A stretch of DNA of 64,000 bases from Octopus sinensis (Eukaryota): the NCBI RefSeq assembly GCF_006345805.1, contig NC_043006.1, positions 3,410,001 through 3,474,000 on the forward strand, written 5' to 3'. The notes beneath the pieces are model-generated. The model saw only the letters and a program-made list of their open reading frames with translations, was not told the DNA's origin and did no database searches. The translations under genes were made by a program, and so were the position numbers. Below, in pieces: positions 25,388-37,984 of this stretch; the stretch's first letter is position 1; every line of letters starts with the position of its first letter.

Positions 25388-25463
25388 AATCTACCTGAAG
25401 AGAACTAATCAAATTTACGTTAACAAAGGTATTTTGGAGAGTTCGAAACCTAGGTCCTAGATT
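25388..25463 (+). ncRNA. Type I hammerhead ribozyme (family H2), long stem II
   Basis: AAUCUAC-CUGAAGA-GAACU..AGUUC-GAAA-CCUAG-GUC^CUAGAUU; G10.1-C11.1; palindromic stem III ACCUAGGU; C.C mismatch at first stem I pair. Confidence 0.65.
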
Positions 25464-25635
25464 ATCCGCATATATTTATCTAATTTTCTCCCTACAGGTA
25501 AGATGAAATTTTTTATCTTCGCCGCCTGCAAGCATCTTTCTTTGCCAGTAAATACACAGTGAAGCTTTACTATAGCATCGTATATTATTGGCTGCTATTC
25601 CAGTAAATATTGGTGCATTTTTATACCACTATTCC

Positions 25636-25643
25636 ATATATAT

Positions 25644-25693
<50 letters not shown>

Positions 25694-25695
25694 AC

Positions 25696-25770
<75 letters not shown>

Positions 25771-25868
25771 CGTATATATACATATATGCATATATTTATA
25801 CATACGTATATATACATATATATTGATATATATATATATATGTGTGTGAGTGTGTGTGTGTGTGTGTG
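25636..25868. repeat. Compound TA/CA/GT microsatellite
   Basis: Read directly. Confidence 0.95.
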
Positions 25869-25869
25869 A

Positions 25870-26068
25870 AGCGATAGTGGGGAGGAAAACACAGACACAA
25901 ACATATATATACAACGGGCTTCTTTTCTGTTTCCGCCTACCAAATCCACTCACAAGGCTTTGGTCTGCTCGAGGTTATAGTAGAAGATAGTTGCCCAAGG
26001 TGCTACGCAGTGGGACTGTATCCGAAACCTTGTGGTTGGGAAGCAGACTTCTTACCATACAGCCACGT
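25870..26068 (-). mobile_element. SINE-B 5' half
   Basis: CCAAATCCACTCACAAGGCTTTGG..GCCCAAGGTG..CTTCTTACCATACAGCCAC. Confidence 0.8.
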
Positions 26069-26249
26069 CTGTTTTTTTCCCTCTTTCACGTTCAACTTCG
26101 ACTGGCTTCAGTAATGTTTCCCCTGGAATGTTCCGATTACGGTTTTTTGAAGTGATGAGATCTGCTCATTCTTCTTTTAAAAATGAGTAAAAAACAGTTA
26201 TAATGAGCTGACGTTTATCCATCGTCTGATATTCATTTGTTTATATATA

Positions 26250-27425
26250 TTAAGTTGTTCTTGCGGAATTTTAAATTTTGGTTTTAAATTTTGTATTTTC
26301 AAATGAATTTTCGTTAAATTACTTTCACTTTATATATCATTTTTAAGCCCGTTTTTTCGCTCTATCTAATCGTATTACTCTTTTCCTTTTTGAATAATTA
26401 GGCCATTTTTTTCGGAACGTTGAATACAACATGGACAAAAAGCAAATTGGCACAATTTTCTTATTCCAGTTCAAGCTAGGCCGAAAAGCTGCTGAAACAG
26501 CTCGCGATATCAACGATGCATTTGGCCCAGGAACCACTAATTAATGTACAGCACAATGGTGGTTCAAGAAATTTCGTAGCTGTGACTAGAGTCTTGAAGA
26601 TGATAAGCGTAGTGGTTGGCCATCGGATGTTGGCAACGATCAACTAAGAGCCTTAGTGTAAGCCAATCGACAACGCAACGTATACGACAATTTCCAACCA
26701 CTTGAAAGAGATTGGAAAAAACAAAATTACTTGAGAAATGGGTGCCGCACGAATTGAACGACAACCAAAAACAAAAAAATTCCGTTTTGAAGTGTTGTCT
26801 TCCCTTCTTTTACGCAACAAGAACGACCCGTTTCTCGACCGGATTGTGACTTGCGATGAAAAGTGGATTCTTTACAACAACCGGCGACGCTCAGCTCAGT
26901 GGTGACTGTTTGGTGGTCTGCGGCTGGTCTTATCCATCACAGCTTTTTGGATCCAGGCGAAACCATTACGGCGGGGAAGTACTGTTAGCAAATTGATGAA
27001 ATGCATAAGAAACTCCGACAACAGCCAGCTTTGGTCAATAGAAAAGGACCAATTCTCCACGACAACGCTCGGGCGCACGTTGCACAACTGACCCTGCAGA
27101 AGTTGAACGAATTGGGCTACAAAACTCAGCCTCATCCGCCATACTCGCCAGACCTCTCGCCAACCGACTACCACTTTTTCAATCATCTCGATAACTTCCT
27201 GTGTGAGAATTGCTTCAAAAACCAAGACGATGCCAAACATGCCTTCAACGACTTCATCGCCATCAGAACGCAGGATTTCTACGGTACTGGCATAAATAAA
27301 CTTGCTTTGCATTGGCAAAAGTGTGTTGATTCTGATGCTATTTTTTCCGATTCATAAAGTTTTGTGTGAGCCGAGATATGTGAATTTAAAGGTTAAAAAC
27401 CGCAAGAACTTTCTTGACAACCTAA
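26250..27425 (+). mobile_element. Cecropia-subfamily mariner (Hsmar1-like), inactivated
   Basis: Right TIR revcomp TTAGGTTGTCAAGAAAGTTCTTGCGGTTTT + TA; transposase MDKKQIGTIFLFQFKLGRKAAETARDIN..DRIVTCDEKWILY..HDNARAH..YSPDLSPTDYHFF; stops and internal deletions. Confidence 0.92.
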
Positions 27426-27479
27426 TACACGCCTACACTCGTATATACATATATATGTATACTTTCTATACCGTGTTAT

Positions 27480-27723
27480 ATTCAGTGTGTATTTGTATGT
27501 GTATATATATATATGTATGTGTGTGTGGTGTGTGTGTGTGTGTGTGCGTGAGCAGTGTGTATGTATGTATAAGAGTTACAAGTTTATTAATACTGTGTTG
27601 TGCAGGATACCAGTAAATTGGTGAGGTGGTCCCTGAATATATACTAATACGAATTATCAGAGATCCAGAAATAGTACCTACACACACACACATATATACG
27701 CACACACACATGCACACACGCTC

Positions 27724-27764
<41 letters not shown>

Positions 27765-27770
27765 AGCACG
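27480..27770. repeat. GT/CA microsatellite cluster
   Basis: Read directly. Confidence 0.9.
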
Positions 27771-28059
27771 TTTATAATCTGTGTGTACTTGTATGCATGA
27801 AACGACAATGGAATGAAATTATGAAATCGAATAATAGCTTGAGTTTCAATGAAACCCATTTTACAGTTTCAGGCATTGCTGTGTTCTACGGTAATTAAAA
27901 TTCTTTCAGTCTGGCTGAGTTCTATTCAGCGTTCCCACTGACACACAACGCCTTTCCATTTGTGCTATTTTATGTACCAGCTTGACTTTTGTCATTTTCC
28001 CACAAGCAGGCTGACCGCAGACAAATACAGTTGCGAACAGTTACATATGATATATATAT

Positions 28060-28169
28060 ATATATTTTCCTTTATTTCTTTCAGTCATTTGCTGGAGCAC
28101 AACCTTTGGTCCATCAAATCGATCCCACGACTTATTCTATCGGTATTTTTTGCCGAACTGCTAGGTTAC

Positions 28170-28213
<44 letters not shown>

Positions 28214-28225
28214 CCGACGGGCTTA
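28060..28225 (-). mobile_element. SINE-B fragment
   Basis: TTTCAGTCATT..GCTGGAGCAC..TTATTCTATCGG..GCCGAAC.GCTAGGTTACGG. Confidence 0.7.
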
Positions 28226-28655
28226 ACTCGGGCTAAAATAACATAAATAATGTAGTATGAACATCTGAGAAACACGGGTTTAGTTACGATTTCCACCTAA
28301 AAATATTTGCTGCACCTAGAAACGTCCAATAATAATAATTCTGCTGCACCATTTCTTTATTGGTTTCTGCTAATTAACCGTAGTTAAGCTTGGAGCACTA
28401 CTTTAGAGGATATAGTCAATTATTATCGACCACAGAACAAGTCTGGTACCCGCATTATGTAGTTTTCGACTGCCGAAGCATGGAAATCTAAATCGACTAG
28501 GGCCAGATGGTGGTGTTAAGGCCGGGTAACAAATTAATATTATGGAGGAAAGAATTCGAAGAAACTTAAGTAGCGGACACGACAAAAATATTTCGTCCAA
28601 TTATCTACTGACTGTTGCTTATCCACCAACCAAATCAATGAAACTTCTAGATAAA

Positions 28656-28699
<44 letters not shown>

Positions 28700-28705
<6 letters not shown>

Positions 28706-28830
28706 TTTATAGAAGGAGCTTCTACAGACTAGAACTGTTTCATTCAAAAGAAATCATCAGGAAGCTTCCTAATGATTTCTTTTGAATGAAACAGTTCTAG
28801 TCCTGTAGAAGCTCCTTCTATAAAATAAAT
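28700..28830. ncRNA. Near-perfect 131-bp palindrome of two head-to-head HHRs (family H3)
   Basis: Centre AAG|CTT at 28764/5; minus arm GGAAGCUUC-CUGAUGA-UUUC(UUUU)GAAU-GAAA-CAG(UUCUAGU)CUG-UA^GAAGCUCC; plus arm has CUAAUGA; stem II weak. Confidence 0.65.
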
Positions 28831-29138
28831 TAATTTACTCTGCTATGTATTGAGTACCTTATTTACTGTGGTTAACCCCGACTCAACCCGGGACCTACAT
28901 ATATATATATATATATATATGTAGTCAATAATAAAAGGGTAAAATTAATTAATTATTAATTATCAATTTTACCAAGTAGTGTTCAGTATGTAAAAAGACC
29001 ATTTACGGTATATTTAAAACATTACGCTGTATAATTAGGCATTATTAAATCTCGGCTCAGTAAAATCATTTACTTTACCACACACCGAAATTTTAGAAAT
29101 AGCAGCCAAAACATTTTAGCTATAAAATTTTTTGGCTG

Positions 29139-29191
<53 letters not shown>

Positions 29192-29205
29192 CCTTCCAGT
29201 CTTTC

Positions 29206-29409
29206 AAAATGTGACCGCGTGTGTACCGTTGGCGATTTTTTTCCTCTGTCTTCCCTTCTCTGGATCTTTCCTTCTCCTATGTTTCCGACGAAGAGCTCCG
29301 CTAGAAACGTTGAATCCTCCTTCTTTCCTTCTCTTCTGAGCGTCCAGTAATACTATATTTGTTCCACGTCCTCGCGTTGTGTTTTTTTTGTGCTTTCTTG
29401 TTTGGATTA

Positions 29410-29414
<5 letters not shown>
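29206..29414 (+). mobile_element. Second copy of HHR family H1, core mutated
   Basis: Reverse complement of 325-533; HHR 29281-29315 reads CCGACGA-A-GAGC(UCC)GCUA-GAAACGUU; between (TA)n tracts. Confidence 0.78.
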
Positions 29415-29462
<48 letters not shown>

Positions 29463-29566
29463 TATATATATATGTATATATATGTATATATATATTATAT
29501 ATATATATATATATATATGTATATGTATATATATGTATATATATATGTATATATATATATATATAT

Positions 29567-29615
<49 letters not shown>
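29413..29615. repeat. (TA)n/(GT)n microsatellite
   Basis: Read directly. Confidence 0.95.
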
Positions 29616-29617
<2 letters not shown>

Positions 29618-30106
29618 AGTACTGAGAGAATTGCTAAACAAAGAATGGGTTTACACAGAAGAATCCCTCGGGTGTAAACAGGTAGAGTGACCTATTTCAG
29701 GTAACTTTGTTCGGCCGATCCAATAAAGCTGTTTCAGTGAACTGACCGGTAGATGGCATAAATCAATAGAAAGTTCTAAAGGGACCCATCCTTTGAAATA
29801 TCTGCATCAACTTCCGGCTTATTGATTATAGAGTCAGAACGTACACAATTGTGTAACATGCCTGCCAGCCAGTGCATATCTCACTTGCTTGACTAGTCGT
29901 GTCACGTTGAATGGAGAAAAGTTCTAGAAATAAGTCAAGACGGGTGATGGCAGTGCTAGAGGTGGCGGTTGTTGTTGTTTTGGTGGTGGTGGTGGTGGTG
30001 GTGACGTGGTGATTATGTAGTCGGGATCGTTGTTGAGTTTGGCCAGAAGAGGAAGGAGCAAGAAAAGAAAGACAACTTAAACTATAAATGCTAGCGTTTA
30101 GTATAC

Positions 30107-30146
<40 letters not shown>

Positions 30147-30904
30147 CACACACACACACACACACAAATGTAAATATATATATACGCGCACACAGACATA
30201 CTTTTTTTATCTTTTACTTATTTCAGTCGTTGAAATGCGGCCACGCTGGGGTACCACCTTGAAGGGTTTTTAATTTGACTAATCGATACTAATTCTATCG
30301 GGCTCTTTGCTGAACCGCTAAATTAAGGGAACATAACTAAACAAACATAGATATATATATACTAATATAACTAACTAACTAACATACAAACATATGTGTG
30401 TGTGTTCTTTATTTTGCATCTATTTTACAATTTTTACAATATATTTTATTTTTACATAATTATTTTTCGTTACAGATATATTATTATTATATTATTTAGA
30501 TTTTTAATTTAATTTAGTTGTCCCCTATTTTTACTCTGTTTTTTTACCTACTTGAATTTTACCTTTGCAAATACAGGCATACAATATACAAGATATAACT
30601 TTTGAAACTTCCTTAGTTTTTGATTTGAATACCTTCAAGAAAGATGTAACATTAGTTTTATAAAAACAAGAAAAAACCTGAAGAGATCCAGTCCCATGCA
30701 GTTTAGAATGATAACTAATTCTTAACAGTGGATTTGACCCAAATGCTTCGTGTTGTGAATTACTAAGGGACCAGAATCGAATCATATGTAGTTTTTTTTA
30801 GTTTGATTTGTATTTTTAAAAATTTATCTTTATTTAAATTTTAACTTCAAACTATAATACAAATAAATTGACTATACATCCTCAACACTCCATTTTTTAA
30901 CCTT

Positions 30905-31103
<199 letters not shown>

Positions 31104-31123
31104 AATATATATATATATATATA

Positions 31124-31400
31124 GTCAATTCAAATAAGCATTAAAAGAAAACGAATAATAAAATTAACGGACAACAAGAGGACGCGCATAAAGATTGTAT
31201 TGGATTGGCATTTGGTGAAAAGAGTGAGTTTGACGTTTCGACCATAGCTCTTCGTCGGAAAGAAGAAACGGAAAAGTCTAAAGTAGGAAAATATATCACC
31301 AACAGCACTTGTGGGGCTACATTGCTGAAGTGACCGGAAGTAGAGAGACAGAGGAAGTGTTTTTGTTTTGGGATAAGAGTGTGCGAAGATGGTCAGTGTG
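31124..31400 (-). mobile_element. HHR-bearing element family H1b (related to H1)
   Basis: Starts GTCAATTCAAATA after (TA)n; minus CCGACGA-A-GAGCUAUGGUC-GAAAC-GUC^AAAC at 31228-31262; sister copy 48099-48390. Confidence 0.65.
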
Positions 31401-31577
31401 TGTGTGTGTGTGTGGTAGTAGTATCTTCTAAACCCACTCACAAGGCTTTGGTGCGGTGGTCCTGGGCTATAGTAGAAGGCAAGATGCCATTCGGTGGTAT
31501 TGAACCCTGGATCATGGGATTGGGAAGTAAACTTCTTACTACACAACCACGTCGGCAACTATACAGATTCCTACCTA

Positions 31578-31625
31578 TGTATGTATGTATGTATGTATGC
31601 ATGTATGTATGTATCTATCTATCTA

Positions 31626-31671
<46 letters not shown>

Positions 31672-31749
31672 CATCTATGTATATATAAATATATATGTAC
31701 ATGTTTTCTCTCTCCCTTTCTCTTACACACACACACACACACACACACG

Positions 31750-31798
<49 letters not shown>
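31578..31798. repeat. Compound TATG/TA/CA microsatellite
   Basis: Read directly. Confidence 0.95.
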
Positions 31799-31800
<2 letters not shown>

Positions 31801-32294
31801 GCCTTTCTTGGTAAACCTAGACCATGCATTCGCACAAATATACACAGGCCTAAGCAAGATATTTTTTTCAGGAAAATTTAATTTTCCAAGCTTGCCTTTG
31901 TCCCTTTCTAAATGTACGATCATCCGGAGCTAACGTCCCTGACTTCTACATATCCAGTTCATTGAAACACAGTTTTCGGTAACTACGACTTACTGACATA
32001 GATGAGGTCAAAATGGCTGTGAAGAAGTAGGTACAACATAACACACTGGTGTTTTTCTTTTCAGAGAGGACCCGTATCTTCATCGGTGATGGTGCGAATG
32101 CATCGCATCTGATGGAGACTATTTGTACTATATGCTGTAGTACCTTTTTATTGAGTGAGAGTTATTTTATCAACGCATGCAATTCGACTGACTTCGTGCG
32201 TTGTTAAAAAACTTACGTTCTATTTTGAATTACTTTCAGTACGAACCTGATGCATACTAACATACCTGAATATTTGCTTACATACTAACATATA

Positions 32295-32455
32295 GGTGCA
32301 GGCGTGGCTGTGTAGTAAGAAGCTTGCATCCCTACAAGGTGGTTCCGAGTTCAGTCCCATTGCGTGGCACCTTGGGCAAGTGTCTTCTGCTATAGCCTCA
32401 GACCAGCCAAAGGCTTGTAAGTCTTGTAGACAGAAACTGACAGAAGCCCATCATA
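32295..32455 (+). mobile_element. SINE-B 5' part
   Basis: GGCGTGGCTGTGTAGTAAG..GTTCAGTCCC..GCACCTTGGGCAAGTGTCTT. Confidence 0.8.
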
Positions 32456-32459
32456 TATC

Positions 32460-33319
32460 CGTGGTCTGATCAATAAATATCCGAACTGTTGCCATAGTGA
32501 CGAAGCTAAAGGACGTAGATTAAACCTGCTTGGCACAGATTGACCATGAACTCTGTTGTGCATGCGCACTAAGCTTTAACATTGTAGCTTACATCTCCTG
32601 TTTACAGCAAGGCTTAGAAAGATGTGTTGCGTGTGATCATCGCATTGACAGTGACAGAGAAAGCTGAGCAGAGAACCAGTATCAAATGTTGCCAAAAGCT
32701 TGTTGATACCTGTTCAGAGGTCTACGCAAAGTTTTCAAAGAGTTGTCATCGTTCTCGACACAATCAAGGAGATCTTGTGCAACTGAAACCCGAGTGCCTT
32801 TTCGGTCAGCTGAAAACAGTTTTGGCACAAACTTGGCAGACCCAAATCTTTATACGCGTCTCATATCCAAAACTGAACCATAACTAATCTGCACTTCTTC
32901 TGATAACTCACGGATGGTGATTCGACGACTTCCCTGCACAGCTACATGCACATCTGCAATGTTTTTCTCAGAATGTTCGTCATTATCGACATTTTTTCGG
33001 CCATCTTGAAAACGTCTGAACCACTGGTACACTTGTGTGCGGCTCATTAACTCCTTTCCATACACTTTCTGCAACTTTGCGTCGGCCTCTGATCAGGTAT
33101 CGCCATGAAGACGTTCACTTTAGTGGTCAATGCGGCGATCACACGCTACACACCTTCCTTTCAAGCACTGCTCTAAACTGCAGCAGTCAGCTAGAACGTT
33201 AAAAACTTAGTACGCATACACAGCAGAGTTCAAAGTTAATCTTTGCCAAGCAGCATCACTCTGCATGCATTAACTTCGTCACAATGGCAAAAGTCCGGAT
33301 ACTTATTGATCAGACTTCG
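32460..33319. mobile_element. Mariner derivative made of two inverted 5' ends
   Basis: Both ends carry GTCTGATCAATAA(G/A)TATCCG TIR plus the 5' subterminal region; same family as 62331-63549. Confidence 0.8.
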
Positions 33320-33571
33320 TATGGCTGCTGTCCAATGACTGAAACAAATAAAAGACTAAAAGATAATATATGTGCATATGTTCGTGGGGGTGGGAGGTGT
33401 TTCTCCCCACGCCGTAGCTTGATAACCGATGCTGGTGTGCTTATGTGCCCTTAATCGATAGAATAAGTACTAGACTTTCGAAGAGCAAGTCCTCCGGTGG
33501 TGCTCCAGCATGCCCACAGTAAAATGACTGAAACAGCTAAAAATAAAAGAATAAAAGAATACGTATATATA

Positions 33572-33953
33572 GGCGCAGGAGTGGCTGTGTGGTAAGTAGC
33601 TTGTTTACCAACCACATGGTTCCGGGTTCAGTCCCACTGCGTGGCACCTTGGGCAGGTGTCTTCTACTATAGCCTCGGGCCGACCAAAGCCTTGTGAGTG
33701 GATTTGGTAGATGGAAACTGAAAGAAGCCCGTCGTATATATGTATATATATATATATATATGTGTGCGTGTGCGTGTATGTTTGTGTTTGTCTCCCTAGC
33801 ATTGCTTGACAAACGATGCTGGTGTGTTTATGTCCCCGTAACCTAGCGGTTCGGCAAAAGAGACCGATAGAATAAGTACTAGGCTTACGAAGAATAAGTC
33901 CCGGGGTCGAGTTGCTGGATTAAAGGCGGTGCTCCAGCATGGCCGCAGTCAAA
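33572..33953 (+). mobile_element. Full-length SINE-B
   Basis: All SINE-B segments present; another 3' half at ~33390-33560. Confidence 0.92.
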
Positions 33954-34743
33954 ACTTAATCTAGACTCAATAATTTCGTTTTTTTTTCTCAATATTTTGT
34001 GTTCGTCTGGAACCTCACTGAATATCGCTGAATGTTTGTTCGTAGGGCAACTCGACCTCATTCACTGCAATGATTCGGTGCAACCAATATTGTACACTAG
34101 GCAGGTAACAGCTTGGCTGCAATTGCTTTTATATATATATTTATGCATGTGTGTGTATGCGCACGTACACGTCGCCCGCACATATTGCATTTTTAAACAA
34201 TTATGTTTATAGAGATCAACTTACCTCCGTTATATATCAATGCGGGTGATATTGTTGTTGTTTTTGTTGACGACGACAACGACAAAGATGATGAATATTA
34301 TCGTGAACATCATGGTGACTATAACGGTGTCGATGTGGAGAAGAAGATGTTAAAGGAAATTTAATAGGGACGAAGAAACTTGCTTAAGAGTAGAGGCAAT
34401 GGTCATAACTAACTACGACAATAAGCTACACTCGTCCCGACTAACATCAACTATTACTTTGGGCAAAAGTGTCTGCACGTCTTTCTCAAAATAATGTAAT
34501 TGCTATTTTGTTTCACAATTGTAGCGGAACTGAGAGAACCAATTTAACATTCTAACGGCAAAAACTTCTGCAACGTTAGGCAGAAAGTCTCCATCTATCT
34601 AATCCATTTCTTTAAACCATTCTAAAATCAATCAAAAGGATTTTGAAGCTGTTACAACCATAATATTATAGAGGTCCACGTCTGTTTATTTATATATACC
34701 AATAAAACTCAGTGGAAAATAAATAATTTATCCCTTTCCCCTT

Positions 34744-34792
<49 letters not shown>

Positions 34793-35393
34793 AACACACA
34801 CACATACACACGCACACACACATATATATTTATATTGTTATATGTCTGGAACATCATAACAACAACGTGAAATGGCGCTTAGCGGAACGATTCGAACTCA
34901 TTCGCTGCAATGATCCGGTGCAACAATTCTGCGCATTAAGTAACAGCTTGTGCGCAACTGCTTACATCACGCTATTGATTTACCTCCTATAATTTTCGTA
35001 CAACTATGCTATGTAAATAGTAGCTATTTTATTGATAAAGGAATTTTTAAGAAGGAAGAAAGTGATTTCAACTCATCCAGTGTGGTTTATTTATATGGCC
35101 ACTGACTACACTATCGTGCATGTATCGTTATAAATTTGTCTTTCCTTAAAAGAGAAAGTAAGGAGTTGTTTAACAAATATGTAACTTCTGGTTCAAATCT
35201 TCGCATTGCGTATCCTTTTTTTCTTTTTCTTTTTTACATTGGGCATCACATTGAAGGGCTCAGTTGAACAATCCCCCACAGTAATTATTTAATGTATGGT
35301 ACTTATTTAATCAGTCAGCCTTTGCTGCACTGCTATGCCATGGAGACGTAAACAACACGACACCGGTTATCAGTTGGTTGGGGGAAGACACAA

Positions 35394-35433
<40 letters not shown>

Positions 35434-35529
35434 TTGAGAACGGCCGTTTCTGGATTAGTTGAATATAAAGATCAACATTTCCTTCGTCAGCTCCGTACGT
35501 GTTATCTTATATATATATATATTATATAT

Positions 35530-35619
<90 letters not shown>

Positions 35620-35683
35620 CGACGTGCTTCCGCACAGTTTCAATCTGTCAACTTTACTAACAAAGCGTTGGTCGATCCGGTGC

Positions 35684-35690
<7 letters not shown>

Positions 35691-35715
<25 letters not shown>

Positions 35716-36542
35716 ATTTGGCTCAAAAGCAAATAGCAAGGCCATGTAGGGGGACATGGAGTTAAGTACAGGGTGGTGTTCATGTAAAGAGTTCAGGCCA
35801 CTTGAGGTCCAGGGAGGCTTTGAACAAAGCGGTCGTCGGCATCTTCACCATCTCGTCTGGCAGCTTGTTCCACGGATCCGCAACCCGGACGGAGAAAGCT
35901 CCTCTCCTTCGATTGAGATGAAATCGTCGCAGGTAGAGCTTTTCGGAATGACCCCGCAGCCGACGCTCCGGAGCAGGAGTGAAGAACAGCTCTTTCGAGA
36001 GGTTACACTTCCAGCTTATGATGTTGTGGGCGAGAATGAGATCACCACGGCGGCGTCGTTTTTCAAGAGAACAAAGGTCGAGCGTCCTCAGCCTTTCTTC
36101 GTAGGACAAATTTTTGAGACCATGAACCATGCGGGTAGCCAGCCTCTGGACTCTTTCGAGGTGCTGTATGTCTTTGAGGAGATAAGGAGAAGAGGCTTGA
36201 ATCCCATACTCCAATATGGGTCTCACCAGCGTGACATAGAGTGGCAGGAATATGGCTGCTGTGAGCATTCCGAATGACCGTCGAATCAAAAACAGAATTC
36301 CGCGCGCTTTGTTGGCAGCATGGACGCACTGGGCCGAAGGTGAAAAGGAGGAATCCACCAAGATACCCAGGTCCTTTACCTGATCGGTCCTCTCCAGCAG
36401 CAGACAACCCGGCTCGAAATCAAGTTGAGTTGCAGGAGTAGAGCCGACAGGCAGATGACAGCACTTTGACACGTTCAGACACAGGTCCCAATCGTTAGAC
36501 CACTTCCAAATTTGGTGGAGGTATCGACGAAGATCCTCTATA
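35691..36542 (-). mobile_element. Young 5'-truncated CR1-clade LINE with (AACT)n tail and 8-bp TSD
   Basis: Uninterrupted ORF2 C-terminus (VKDLGILVD..LVRPILEYG..LERVQRLATRMV..FSVRVADPWNKLP); TSD CTATAGTT at 35683-35690 and 36543-36550; splits a minus-strand SINE-B. Confidence 0.93.
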
Positions 36543-37984
36543 CTATAGTTGTACAAGACACTTTGCTGAAGGTGCTACGCAGAGGACTAAATGCGAGACT
36601 ATATGTTTGCGAAGCGAACTTCTTAAACCTCACAGTCATACGAATGCTATAGAAAACTGTTAATTATAATTTAACGGTATAAAATTGTGCAGACATTTGA
36701 CCCACATGCTGAATACATGTGAGGACCACTCGATACAAAAATCGTGAATTTCTATATCGTTAGGTGTGTTCCTTGTGCAAGGCATTAAATTTCTATTCGA
36801 AATTAGGTAATAAGAACAGAGATATGGTTACATCAACGCTCATAGGCGCCAAGCCAAGCAAATATTGGCAAGATGTTTGTCCAGACACAGTATGATTCAT
36901 TAGGGAAGTTCGTTTTGGCTACGTTAGGAGGTTATAGACATAAACCCACTTGATCGAAGCAACTTGATTAGGCATCCTGTCACTGGTATGAGTTTGTAAC
37001 TTGAACTGTCGGGCAAGATAGTAAACCTCTTTCGCTTCGTTTACTTGGCATTAGATTAGACAAGTGGATGGAGACAAAACTGCGCGAAATGGGAAATTAC
37101 CATATCTTTTTCATTGATAAAGGTACTAATATCAAGACATCATACAAAGACGTAATAAATAAGATGTACAAAGAGCTTGGCTGCTTATTAATAAATGTTG
37201 TTGATTAAGGCGGCGTACTGACAGAATCATTAGGCAACGCCGGGCGAAATGCTTAGTGGCAGCAGTGGTTTGCCACCTGAATGGGACGCTGGTCCGTCGC
37301 AGGTGAGTTGCTATATGCAGGAGGAAAGAGTGAGAGAAAGTTGTGGCAAAAGAGTCAGCAGAAGTTCGCCATTACCTTCTGCCGGAGCCGTGTGGAGCTT
37401 AGGTGTTTTCCTTCATAAATACACACATCACCCGGTCTGAGATTCGAACCCGTGATCCCTCTACCGCTCTGACCAATAAGCCTTGTGCCTCCACATCAAT
37501 AAAATGCCATAGTAATACTTTTATTGTCCAGGTAAAACATCGTTGGCAGACGCTGAGGTTAATAAGAACAGGTGTTGAAGTAATAGTAACTTCTACTACA
37601 CATACTCATATGTATATGTCTCTGTGTGTGTGTGTGTGTGTGTGGCGGGGGGGGGGCTGTTAGTGCGCATGTGTGTGTGTATGTGTGTACGTGGGTGTCT
37701 GTATGTGTACGTGTATGTATATTTGCATGGAGAGTAAGAGAAGGGAAGAGAGAGAGAGAGAAGTGAGAGTGTGATTTGTGGGAAGAAAATTACAAAGACG
37801 GACGTTTGGAAGATATTTTTCTAGTTGAGTTTTTGTTTGAAAGTCGGTTATTTATGTCGTTGCTGTCGCTATTGTTGTTTTCGCTGTTGAACCGATTCTT
37901 TTATTTTCATTTTTGTTACAGTTGTTGTGACTACAACTGATGATTATGATGATTATAATAATAATGATAATAATAATAATAATG

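Noticed and set aside
35756-36407. ORFs 35756..36277 (+) and 36063..36407 (-)
   Set aside because: Antisense or alternative-frame shadows of the CR1 ORF2
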